Positions 18,934 through 27,517 of a stretch of DNA of 64,000 nucleotides are shown here, piece after piece (within the stretch, counting starts at the first letter, position 1; every line of letters starts with the position of its first letter). The notes beneath the pieces were generated by a model. That model worked only from the letters and a program-made list of their open reading frames with translations, was not told the origin of the DNA and made no database searches. Source of the stretch: Candidatus Omnitrophota bacterium (lineage in GTDB: Bacteria; Omnitrophota; Gorgyraeia; Gygaellales; Profunditerraquicolaceae); contig JAQURC010000001.1 of the NCBI GenBank assembly GCA_028715785.1, positions 12,766-76,765 on the forward strand. Direction: 5' to 3'. A program made the position numbers and the translations under genes.

Positions 18934-19308
18934 ATGATAAAATTATTGAATTTAATTATCGGGGGAGCGGCGGGGACAATTGCCAGGTATCTTTTGGCCG
19001 GCGTTGTTTACAGGTTTATGGGCGCCGGGTTCCCTTACGGCACCTTAATTGTCAATATCAGCGGCTGTTTTATCCTGGGTTTTCTAGCTTCTTTATCGGA
19101 TAAGAAATTTATCCTGGGCCCGGATGCCAGGATCCTGTTGATGATCGGTTTTTGCGGAGCGTATACCACATTTTCAACCTTGATCTTTGAAACCGACAGT
19201 TTAGTCAGGAATGGCCAGGCAGTCCGCGCTTTTACCAATATTTTTGCCAGCGTAATTTTTGGTTTTATATTATTCAGGATAGGCAGCTTATTAGGAGAGA
19301 TAATATGA
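18934..19308 (+). CDS. crcB: Fluoride ion channel CrcB/Fluc
   Basis: 124 aa with four TM segments. GxxGTxxRY-like N-terminus (GGAAGTIARYLL). Confidence 0.85.
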   Translation: MIKLLNLIIGGAAGTIARYLLAGVVYRFMGAGFPYGTLIVNISGCFILGFLASLSDKKFILGPDARILLMIGFCGAYTTFSTLIFETDSLVRNGQAVRAFTNIFASVIFGFILFRIGSLLGEII

Positions 19309-19634
19309 AAATTCCCGCGGATGGAAAGCTTTTAAGGATTTTTATCGGTGAGGCGGACAAATGGAACGGCCGGCCGCTTTATGAGGAGATTATATTGTTG
19401 GCCAAGAAGGAAAAATTGGCCGGGGCAACGGCAATCAAAGGATTTATGGGGTTTGGCTGTAAAAGCCATATGCATACCGCTAATTTATTGCGGCTTTCCG
19501 AGGACCTGCCGGTGGTTATTGAAATCGTGGATAGCGAAGAGAAAATCAATCAGTTTATTCCGCAGTTGGATAGCATGGTTAAGGAAGGGCTGGTTACTCT
19601 CGAAAAAGCAAACGTAATTATGTACCGGGCGTAA
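19305..19634 (+). CDS. DUF190 family protein (commonly co-transcribed with crcB)
   Basis: 109 aa. LRIFIGEADKWNGRPLYEEII pattern. 4-bp overlap with crcB. Confidence 0.65.
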   Translation: MKIPADGKLLRIFIGEADKWNGRPLYEEIILLAKKEKLAGATAIKGFMGFGCKSHMHTANLLRLSEDLPVVIEIVDSEEKINQFIPQLDSMVKEGLVTLEKANVIMYRA

Positions 19635-19658
19635 TCGTAATTAAGAGGAGAAACTAAA

Positions 19659-20408
19659 ATGCAAATGCAGAAGAATGTTCATCTCACAGGCAAGGATTTA
19701 ACGGAAATGGTCCAGCTTCGGAGGCAGGATGTGGGCAAATACGCCATTGTTCCCGGGCCGCGCGACCGGCTGGATGTTTTAATGAAAAAAATAGAAAACC
19801 CGGTGCGTAATTTTTCGTTTATGGAATACACTATGTATACCGGCACTTATGAGGGGATCAAGGTTACCGGGATTAACGGCGGGAGGTTTTCCACGGACAC
19901 TTCGATTACTACCGAGGTAATGTGCAATGCCGGGATACAAAATATTATCCGCATCGGCACAGCCGGCGCCCTTGATGAAAATATCAAAGTTGGCGATCTG
20001 TTTGTAGTAGATGAGGTTATCCGCGGGGACGGGGTAACCCCTTATTATGTGGATAAAGATTTTAAAACAGTCAGTGACAAGAAGATCTCCGACCTTCTTT
20101 TTGAGATTGCCAAAGGCATGGGGTTAAACGTGCACCGCGGCAAGGCATGGACTACGGATGCGCTTTTACGCGAAACCCGCGAAATTGTCGAAGCCAAGCG
20201 CAAAGAAGGAGCAAGGGCGGTAGATATGGTTTCCTCAACGCTCTTGACTATCTGCCAGACTTATAATATTAAAGCCGGATCAATCCTGGCGGTAAGCGAT
20301 AACGTGATCACCGGAGAGATGGGCTTTATGAATCCACTTTATTATATGGCGGAAAGTAATTTAATAAAGATTGCATTGGAATTAGTTAAAAAATTAGAGG
20401 GCAAATAA
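19659..20408 (+). CDS. DeoD-type purine/MTA nucleoside phosphorylase (PNP_UDP_1 family)
   Basis: TGTYEGIKVTGINGG...IIRIGTAGAL...MVSSTLLTICQTYNIKAGSILAVSDNV parallels DeoD/Udp conserved blocks. Confidence 0.7.
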   Translation: MQMQKNVHLTGKDLTEMVQLRRQDVGKYAIVPGPRDRLDVLMKKIENPVRNFSFMEYTMYTGTYEGIKVTGINGGRFSTDTSITTEVMCNAGIQNIIRIGTAGALDENIKVGDLFVVDEVIRGDGVTPYYVDKDFKTVSDKKISDLLFEIAKGMGLNVHRGKAWTTDALLRETREIVEAKRKEGARAVDMVSSTLLTICQTYNIKAGSILAVSDNVITGEMGFMNPLYYMAESNLIKIALELVKKLEGK

Positions 20409-20411
20409 ACT

Positions 20412-20556
20412 TGTCATTGCGAGCCCCGAAGGGGCGAAGCAATCTCGCTTTTAAGATTGCGCAGCCTGTTCCGAGCGAAGCGAAGGAATCCGGTTGCGAG
20501 GGGCTGCTGGTTTGCTTCGGCTTCGCCTCGCAACCGCTGCGCTCCTCGCAATGACA
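20412..20556. repeat. MITE-like element, TGTCATTGCGAG family, copy 2 (145 bp, composite)
   Basis: Terminal IRs TGTCATTGCGAG / CTCGCAATGACA with an extra internal partial copy (GGTTGCGAGG...CCTCGCAACC). Its translation forms the spurious N-terminal extension of ORF 20457. Confidence 0.7.
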
Positions 20557-20561
20557 CTAAA

Positions 20562-21482
20562 ATGACTATGAAATTTTCTCCCTTATTTTGGCCGATACAA
20601 TTGAAGGGCAATGTAATTTACATCTTGGATGAAACTAAATTGCCGCAAAGGTTGGTTTATCTCAAGGCCAAAAATTACTTAGAGGCATGCCGGGCAATCA
20701 AGCAGATGAAGACCCGCGCCGTAGGCCAGGTGCTTTTGGTAATGTATGCCTTTCTTTTAAGCAAGCGGCAGAATAAAAATTTAGCCAAAGTCGCCAAAGC
20801 CATTAACGCCACCCGGCCGACCCTATCCTTTAAATTTTTAACCGATATGGTTTTAAGCTGGGAAAAAGGCGGCGCGCCGCTTGAAAAAAGTATTTTAGGT
20901 TTCCTAGCGATGCTTAAAACCAAACGTATCGAGCAGGCCAGGGAGGCGGCTAAATTACTTAAAGACGGCGATGTAGTCTTGACACACTGTAATATCAGCG
21001 GCCTGATGCCCTTAATTGCCGAGTTTGCCAAAGAGCAGGGCAAGAAAATAAGTTTTTACGTTACGGAAACCCGTCCGTATTTGCAAGGCTCGCGCCTTAC
21101 TGCCTGGGAAATCCAGCGCGCGGGTTTTGATGTTACGATCATCACCGATAATATGGTGGCATATTTATTATCGTTAGGTAGAGTGACCAAAGTTATCGTC
21201 GGAGCAGACCACTTAACCTTAAACGGGGACATCGCCAATAAGATCGGCACCTATCAGATCGCGGTAGTCGCCAGGTATTTCAAGATTCCTTTTTACGTAA
21301 TCTGTCCGCCGGCATCGAAATTAAAAAGCGGAAAAGAAATTAAAATTGAAATCCGGCCGGATAATGAATTAAAAATTTATCAGGGGCTGCATTTGGCGCC
21401 CAAAGAGGTTAAAGCGTATTATCCGGCCTTTGACGTTACGCCGGCAAAATTAATTACCCGGCATATTCATTTGGGGGTTTAA
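20562..21482 (+). CDS. mtnA: S-methyl-5-thioribose-1-phosphate isomerase (eIF-2B alpha/beta/delta family)
   Basis: YVTETRPYLQGSRLTAWE and GADHLTLNGDIANKIGTYQIAVVA blocks. The ATG at 20562 follows the MITE, whose terminal CAATGAC supplies an upstream in-frame ATG-ACA-CTA-AAA-TGA mini-ORF. Confidence 0.8.
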   Translation: MTMKFSPLFWPIQLKGNVIYILDETKLPQRLVYLKAKNYLEACRAIKQMKTRAVGQVLLVMYAFLLSKRQNKNLAKVAKAINATRPTLSFKFLTDMVLSWEKGGAPLEKSILGFLAMLKTKRIEQAREAAKLLKDGDVVLTHCNISGLMPLIAEFAKEQGKKISFYVTETRPYLQGSRLTAWEIQRAGFDVTIITDNMVAYLLSLGRVTKVIVGADHLTLNGDIANKIGTYQIAVVARYFKIPFYVICPPASKLKSGKEIKIEIRPDNELKIYQGLHLAPKEVKAYYPAFDVTPAKLITRHIHLGV

Positions 21483-22478
21483 ATGCCAGAGCAGGAATTA
21501 AAACTGGAAATTATCCAGGTAGGCAGGCGGCTTTATGCTGCCGGCCTGGCCGTAGCCAAGTCCGGAAATTTAAGCGCACGGCTTGACAGCGAGAATATCC
21601 TGATTACCGCCACCGGAACAGCCTTGGGCCAGTTAAAAGAAAGCGATATCGTTAAGGTAAATTTAGCCACCGGTAAATCCGAGGCAGGGCCGAACCCCAG
21701 CTCCGAACTGCCTTTGCACAGTTTAGTCTATAAAAATTTTCCGGCTAAGGTTGTAATCCATTGCCATCCGCCGCTAATTAACGGATATTTTGCCGTCGCC
21801 AAAACGCTTAAGGCAATGAGTTTTGAAACTAAATTTTATCTCGGAGATATTCCGGTAATCCCCCAGGAAACCCCGACGGTGACGGCTCCTGCGCCGGTTA
21901 TCGCGGCATTAAAAACAAATAATCTGGTTATCTTGAAGAATCACGGGACAGTGGCAATTGGCGATAAGTTTGAAGAGGCCCTAAGTATTACCGAAGCATT
22001 AGAGGAGGCGGTTAAAAGCGCCGCCGTTGGCCGGCTGTTTGATAAAAACATTTTGGATGATTTAGACTTGGCTTTAAAAGATGATTTAAAGCGCAATGAC
22101 CCGGCCTATGCCATGTTTAGCCTGCCGCATATCCAGGCAATCGTGGATTTAGTCAACAAGGATGAGTTTATCGCCCAAAAGGGAAAAGAGCTGGGCCTGA
22201 CGGTGCAGCTGGCGATCAAGCTCGATGACACGAGCGAGGTTTTTAAATTTAGTTTTGAGCAAGGCAAAATCGTAAAACTGGATACTGACAGCCTTGCCCC
22301 TTTTGTTATTTCCGCGCCCCGGCCTGTATGGGAGCAGGTATTTTTAGGCAAACTGGATTCATTTGTGGCAGTTACCCAGGGTAAAATGAAATTAAGCGGC
22401 CAATTAGGCCAGCTTTCCAAATGGTATGTCCCGTTTAACCGCCTTTTTGTTTTATTCCGGGAGGTAAAAATCAAATGA
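21483..22478 (+). CDS. Class II aldolase/adducin-domain protein fused to a C-terminal SCP2-like domain (candidate methylthioribulose-1-P aldolase or dehydratase)
   Basis: VVIHCHPPLINGYFAV class II aldolase metal-binding block. C-terminal ~110 aa with GKMKLSGQLGQLSK is SCP2-like. Confidence 0.65.
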   Translation: MPEQELKLEIIQVGRRLYAAGLAVAKSGNLSARLDSENILITATGTALGQLKESDIVKVNLATGKSEAGPNPSSELPLHSLVYKNFPAKVVIHCHPPLINGYFAVAKTLKAMSFETKFYLGDIPVIPQETPTVTAPAPVIAALKTNNLVILKNHGTVAIGDKFEEALSITEALEEAVKSAAVGRLFDKNILDDLDLALKDDLKRNDPAYAMFSLPHIQAIVDLVNKDEFIAQKGKELGLTVQLAIKLDDTSEVFKFSFEQGKIVKLDTDSLAPFVISAPRPVWEQVFLGKLDSFVAVTQGKMKLSGQLGQLSKWYVPFNRLFVLFREVKIK

Positions 22479-23962
22479 ATTTAAAATGCCCGCTTTATAT
22501 CAACGGACAATTTATCGAAACCGCGGAAAAACAGAATATCATTAATCCCTCTACCGGTAAGGTGATTGCTGAGTCTTCTCATGCTTCGGTAAAAGAGGTG
22601 GAACTGGCTATATCCGCTGCCCGAGAAGCTTTTGATCATGGGCCCTGGCCGCATTTTTCTTTAGCTGAGCGTAAGGAATTTATTTCAAAGATCGCTCAAG
22701 GCATTTTAGCTAATGCTGGAGAACTTGCCCAGTTGGAGACACACAATACCGGCAAGCCGATCAAAGAAACTACTTTTATGGATATCCCCTCTAGCGCGAA
22801 AACTTTTGAGTTTATGGCGGACAATTTTGCCGCCTATCTTCACAATGAAAAAGTCAATATTCCTGAAGATGCCCAGGCCAAGATAGTTTCTGAAGCTATA
22901 GGGGTGGTGGTTTTGATTGTGCCTTGGAACTATCCGCTATTAATCGCCTGTTGGAAGCTGGCTTCCGCTTTGGCTGCCGGTAACACGGTTATTTTAAAGC
23001 CCTCCAGCCTTACTCCGCTTACGGCCTTAGAACTTGCAAAAATTATCCATCAAGCCGGTTTTCCCGCCGGAGTGGTAAATGTAATTAACGCAACCGGAGC
23101 AAAAATCGGGGAACATCTTTGCGCGGATAAACGCGTGGATATGGTCTCCTTTACCGGCAGCAACGAAACAGGCAAACAGGTCCTGCAGTATTCTTCCAAA
23201 AACGTGAAGAAGCTGATTATGGAGCTTGGCGGCAAATCCGCCAATTTGATATTTAATGATGTGGATTTGGATGTGGCGGTGAATAGCTCCCTTACCTCTA
23301 TTTTTTTAAACCAGGGGCAGATGTGCACGGCGATGTCGCGGATTTTCGTGCAAGAGGGTATTTATGATAATTTTCTGGCCAGCTTTATCGAGAAGGCCAA
23401 ACGCATAAAATTGGGTTTAGCCGATAATTTTGAAACGCAGATGGGCCCCTTGATCACCGACGCGCAGCGCAAAAAAGTCATTGCTTATATTGACAAGGCA
23501 AAGGCCGAAGGAGGCCAGGTCTTGTGCGGGGGGAAAATTCCGGAAGACGCGGAACTGAAAAACGGTTATTTCTTTGAGCCCACGGTTTTAGTTGACGTCG
23601 GAGCGCATTTGCATATAGCCAAGGAAGAGGTTTTTGGCCCGGTAGTCTTGGTGCATAAATTTTCCAGTCCGGATGAAGCCGTGGCTTTAGCCAATAGCGT
23701 GGATTTTGGTTTGGCTGCCTGCATTTGGAGCAAAGATTTATCTTTGGCACAGGATTTGGCCAAAAAAATAAATGCCGGCACGGTTTGGATCAATACTTAC
23801 GGCATGTTTTATAACCAGCTTCCTTACGGCGGGTTTAAGCAGAGCGGCTTCGGCAAGGAGCTGGGCCGGCACGGATTTTTGGAATATACCCGTTTAAAAA
23901 ATATAATTATCGACCAGTCCCAGGCAGGCAAGCCCCTGGTTAATTACTGGTACGGATTCTAA
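22475..23962 (+). CDS. NAD(P)-dependent aldehyde dehydrogenase
   Basis: 495 aa. ELGGKSANLIF and catalytic Cys in QGQMCTAMSRIFV. FTGSNETGK. ALDH-family architecture. Confidence 0.85.
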   Translation: MNLKCPLYINGQFIETAEKQNIINPSTGKVIAESSHASVKEVELAISAAREAFDHGPWPHFSLAERKEFISKIAQGILANAGELAQLETHNTGKPIKETTFMDIPSSAKTFEFMADNFAAYLHNEKVNIPEDAQAKIVSEAIGVVVLIVPWNYPLLIACWKLASALAAGNTVILKPSSLTPLTALELAKIIHQAGFPAGVVNVINATGAKIGEHLCADKRVDMVSFTGSNETGKQVLQYSSKNVKKLIMELGGKSANLIFNDVDLDVAVNSSLTSIFLNQGQMCTAMSRIFVQEGIYDNFLASFIEKAKRIKLGLADNFETQMGPLITDAQRKKVIAYIDKAKAEGGQVLCGGKIPEDAELKNGYFFEPTVLVDVGAHLHIAKEEVFGPVVLVHKFSSPDEAVALANSVDFGLAACIWSKDLSLAQDLAKKINAGTVWINTYGMFYNQLPYGGFKQSGFGKELGRHGFLEYTRLKNIIIDQSQAGKPLVNYWYGF

Positions 23963-25506
23963 TGAATGCAGCCAGACTCTTAGAGCAGCGCGCAAAAGAA
24001 TACGGGCAGAAAACGGCGGTTATTTTCCGCCAGGAGGAGATTTCATTTGCCCGGTTAAAGGACAGGGTATTTTCTCTAAGCGCCAGCCTGCTTAAGCTGG
24101 GCGTCAAGCCGCATGATTTAGTCGCAATTTATCTTCCTAACCGGCCGGAATATATTGTCAGCTATCTGGCGATCTGGTCCATCGGCGCCTGCAGCGTGCC
24201 GTTGGATTTTATGCTTACCGAAGATGAAATAACCTCCTGCCTGGCGCACTGCCAGGCAAAAATTTTAATTACCAAACATAAAGCCGGTATCTCATTTGCA
24301 AATTTAAAGGCCAGGCTCCCTTTATTAAAAAATATTATTTTCTGTCAGTCAGAAGATAAAGAATGCTTAAGTTTCGAGAAATTGCTGGAGGAGGGGGCCA
24401 AAGAAAACCCCGGAATAGAAATTAACGAGAAAGATCCCGCCATAATTTTTTATACCTCCGGCACTACCGGTAAGCCCAAAGGCGTCTTGATCAATTATGC
24501 CCAATTGGATGCCCCGCCAAAATCCATGGCCTTTTTTGTCAACTCGGATTTAAGCGCAAAAGATACCGCGCTCTGCGCTTTGCCATTCTCCCACTTAGGC
24601 GGGTTAATTTATATCCAGAATATGCTCTCTTTCGGCTTATCCCTGGTCCTAATGGAGCGTTTTATGCCTTTGGATTTTTTGAAAAACGTGCAGAATTATA
24701 AAGTTAATTTTTTCTGGATTGTCCCTTCGATGTATTACGCGCTCCTGCAGTTAAAAGAGTTTGAGACATTTGATTTATCCAGCCTGCGCTGGATTGTTAC
24801 TTTCGGCGCTTCCAATTCTCCGGATGCTTTACGCAGGTTTCATCAGTTTTGTCCCAAGGCTTATCTTTTAAACGGCTGGGGCCTGACCGAGACCAATGCC
24901 CCCACCGTAGTGCTGCCGATGGGCTCGGAAAATATCGAAAGCGTAGGGCGCCCTGCCCCTTGGATTGAGGTCAAGATATTTTCAGAGAGCGGCCAGGAGT
25001 TGCCCGCAGGCCGGATAGGGGAAGTAGCGGTAAAGAGCTGGGTAGTTACCGACGGATATTTTAAGGATGCGGAATTAACGCAGGAAACTATCCGCGCTGG
25101 CTGGTTTTACACCGGAGACTTAGGCAGGTTTGATGTCCGGGGTTTTCTTTATATCGTCGGCAGGAAAAAAGAAATGATTAAGGTCGGCGGCGAGATTGTT
25201 TTTGAGCCGGAGGTGGAGGCAGCCTTACAAAAATATCCGGATATTGCGGAAGCCGCGGTAATCGGAGTGGCCGATAAGCTAAGAGGAGAGGCGCCCAAGG
25301 CATTTTTGGTGGCTAAAGAAGGCAGGAAAGTTTGCGAAGAAGATTTACGTTATTTCTTGCGCCAGCATTTGGCGCATTTTAAGATTCCGCATTATTTCGA
25401 ATTTTGCGCCTGTCTTCCCAAGAACCGCGTTGGTAAGATTGATAAAGAACGATTACGTTTGTGTCATTGCGAGGGCGAAGCCCGAAGCAATCTTAAACAT
25501 ATATAA
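23962..25506 (+). CDS. AMP-dependent acyl-CoA synthetase/ligase
   Basis: YTSGTTGKPKGV AMP-binding motif. The last ~14 codons and the stop are supplied by the downstream MITE. Confidence 0.8.
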   Translation: MNAARLLEQRAKEYGQKTAVIFRQEEISFARLKDRVFSLSASLLKLGVKPHDLVAIYLPNRPEYIVSYLAIWSIGACSVPLDFMLTEDEITSCLAHCQAKILITKHKAGISFANLKARLPLLKNIIFCQSEDKECLSFEKLLEEGAKENPGIEINEKDPAIIFYTSGTTGKPKGVLINYAQLDAPPKSMAFFVNSDLSAKDTALCALPFSHLGGLIYIQNMLSFGLSLVLMERFMPLDFLKNVQNYKVNFFWIVPSMYYALLQLKEFETFDLSSLRWIVTFGASNSPDALRRFHQFCPKAYLLNGWGLTETNAPTVVLPMGSENIESVGRPAPWIEVKIFSESGQELPAGRIGEVAVKSWVVTDGYFKDAELTQETIRAGWFYTGDLGRFDVRGFLYIVGRKKEMIKVGGEIVFEPEVEAALQKYPDIAEAAVIGVADKLRGEAPKAFLVAKEGRKVCEEDLRYFLRQHLAHFKIPHYFEFCACLPKNRVGKIDKERLRLCHCEGEARSNLKHI

Positions 25507-25558
25507 TTATTTAGGATTGCTTCGTCGTCGCAAAAAAACGCTCCTCCTGGCAATGACA
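25463..25558. repeat. MITE-like element, TGTCATTGCGAG family, copy 3 (96 bp)
   Basis: TGTCATTGCGAGG...GAAGCAATC...GATTGCTTCG...CTCCTGGCAATGACA. Overlaps the 3' end of the acyl-CoA ligase gene. Confidence 0.7.
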
Positions 25559-25576
25559 CTAATTTAGAATACAATC

Positions 25577-26608
25577 ATGCAAGATATTAAGGAATTAGGT
25601 TTAAAAGAGCTGGAAGATAAATTACAATCCTTAGGCCTTCCCAAATACCACGCCAGACAAATCTTCAAATGGATCTATCAAAAAGGAGCCCTTGATTTTA
25701 ACAACATGAGCGATTTACCGGCAGCTTTAAGGAAGAAGTTAGCCGGTGAATTTTATATCCTGGGCCTTGAGCTTGCGGACCTGCAGAGATCTAGCGACGG
25801 GACAACCAAGTTCCTTTTTGAGTTAAAAGATAAAAACCTGATTGAAGCGGTGAATATCCCGGCGGCCCGGCGGGTTACCGGCTGCATCTCCTCGCAGGTA
25901 GGCTGCAAATTTTCCTGCCAATTTTGCGCAAGCAGCCTAAAAGGATTTAAGCGTAATTTAACCGTCGGCGAAATTCTGGATGAAGCGCTTTATTTAAAAA
26001 ACAATACGCAGCAGGCGGAGTTGACGCATATAGTGTTTATGGGCACCGGAGAGCCTTTGGATAATTACGAAGACGTGCTTAAATCCATCCGTATGATTAA
26101 TTCCCCTTATGCCTTTAATATCGGCGCCCGGCGGATTACCATCTCAACCAGCGGGATTATCCCGGGGATAAAGAAGCTGGCAGGCGAGGATTTACAGATC
26201 GAGCTTTCCATATCTTTGCACGCAGCCGATGATAAGACCCGCAGCCAGCTTATGCCGGTAAATAAACGGTATCCCCTGGAAGCGCTAATCAAATGCTGCC
26301 ATGAATATATTGCTAAAACCAACCGCCAGATTACTTTTGAGTATATCCTAATCAAAGGGGTTAATTCTAGTTTGCCTTCAGCGCAAAATCTGGTTAAGCT
26401 TTTAAAAGACCTGAGATTAGCCAAGGTAAACCTGATCCCGGCAAACCCAATTACCGCATTGAAGATCATCCCTCCGTCAAAAGCAGAGATCGGGGCATTT
26501 AAAGAATGTTTGTTTAAAAGCGGGATTAATGTTACATTAAGGCAGGAGCGCGGGCAGGATATCCAGGCGGCATGCGGACAATTGAGGTTAAGGTATGAGA
26601 ATAAATAA
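25577..26608 (+). CDS. rlmN: 23S rRNA/tRNA (adenine-C2)-methyltransferase, radical SAM
   Basis: CISSQVGCKFSCQFCAS radical SAM cluster in RlmN context. C-terminal ...IQAACGQL. Confidence 0.85.
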   Translation: MQDIKELGLKELEDKLQSLGLPKYHARQIFKWIYQKGALDFNNMSDLPAALRKKLAGEFYILGLELADLQRSSDGTTKFLFELKDKNLIEAVNIPAARRVTGCISSQVGCKFSCQFCASSLKGFKRNLTVGEILDEALYLKNNTQQAELTHIVFMGTGEPLDNYEDVLKSIRMINSPYAFNIGARRITISTSGIIPGIKKLAGEDLQIELSISLHAADDKTRSQLMPVNKRYPLEALIKCCHEYIAKTNRQITFEYILIKGVNSSLPSAQNLVKLLKDLRLAKVNLIPANPITALKIIPPSKAEIGAFKECLFKSGINVTLRQERGQDIQAACGQLRLRYENK

Positions 26609-26613
26609 ATTAT

Positions 26614-26699
26614 TGTCATTGCGACTGCGAGGCGAAGCCGAAGCAGGAAGCAATCTCTTTAAAAGGATTGCTTCGTCGCTGCCGCTCCTGGCAATGACG
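26614..26699. repeat. MITE-like element, TGTCATTGCGAG family, copy 4 (86 bp)
   Basis: TGTCATTGCGACTGCGAGG...GAAGCAATC...GATTGCTTCG...CTCCTGGCAATGACG. Its right terminus provides the ATG of the downstream lipoprotein gene. Confidence 0.7.
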
Positions 26700-27281
26700 A
26701 CTGTTTGTTCACTCATTATTTTTTCCGGCTGCGCAAAGCGGGAAATTAAAAACGCGGATTCAAAAGGCAAGGTTATTATCTGTTTCGGAGACAGCCTTAC
26801 CTTTGGTTATGGCGCCTCCCCCGGGGAGGATTACCCTGCAGCGCTGGCAAAATTAGTAAAACTTCCGGTGATTAATGCCGGCGGAGACGGAGATACCACA
26901 TTTATTGCTTTAGAGCGTTTAGATAATGATGTCTTGGCTAAAAATCCGCGCCTGGTGATTGTGGAGTTTTGCGGGAATGATTTTCTTAAAAAAATACCCA
27001 AAGAGGACACGGTCAGGAATTTAAGCGAAATTATCGGCCGCATCCAGGAGAAAGGGGCGATGGTTGCCCTGGTGGATATCAGTTCCGGGATGTTTTTCCA
27101 GGAATACCGCCGGGCTTTTAAAAAACTGGCCGCTGAGAAGGGGGCGATATTTGTCCCGGTAGTTTTGGGTAAAATTATCACTAACCCGGCGATGAAAAGC
27201 GATTTTTTCCACCCCAACGCCCGCGGCTACAAAATCATTGCCAGCCGGGTCTATAACGTAATAAACCGGTATATCCAATAA
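26694..27281 (+). CDS. SGNH/GDSL-family hydrolase lipoprotein
   Basis: Lipobox LIIFSGC. GDSLTFGYG block I. GNDF block III. C-terminal DFFHPN (DxxH). Start ATG lies inside the MITE terminal repeat. Confidence 0.7.
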   Translation: MTTVCSLIIFSGCAKREIKNADSKGKVIICFGDSLTFGYGASPGEDYPAALAKLVKLPVINAGGDGDTTFIALERLDNDVLAKNPRLVIVEFCGNDFLKKIPKEDTVRNLSEIIGRIQEKGAMVALVDISSGMFFQEYRRAFKKLAAEKGAIFVPVVLGKIITNPAMKSDFFHPNARGYKIIASRVYNVINRYIQ

Positions 27282-27283
27282 AG

Positions 27284-27517
27284 ATGAAGAAAATAAGTTT
27301 AAAGCAGATGAAGGAAAAACAAAAAGGGATTGTTTGCGATATTTCCGCCGGCCCGGCTTTGCAGAACAAGTTTATGAGCATGGGGATTTATAAAGGCAGG
27401 GAGATTGCCAAGATCAGCCATATCGGTTTAAAAGGCCCGGTTGCCATCAAGGTTGGCAGGAGCGTTCTGGTCCTAGGGCATGGGGTGGCCAGTAAAATCA
27501 CCATCGAAATCCAATGA
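27284..27517 (+). CDS. feoA: Ferrous iron transport protein A (FeoA)
   Basis: 77-aa SH3-like protein directly upstream of feoB with a 4-bp overlap. Confidence 0.7.
   Translation: MKKISLKQMKEKQKGIVCDISAGPALQNKFMSMGIYKGREIAKISHIGLKGPVAIKVGRSVLVLGHGVASKITIEIQ

Noticed and set aside
20457-20561. 35-codon N-terminal extension of the mtnA ORF (MRSLFRAKRRNPVARGCWFASASPRNRCAPRNDTK)
   Set aside because: It is a translation of MITE copy 2. The conserved MtnA sequence begins at the ATG at 20562.
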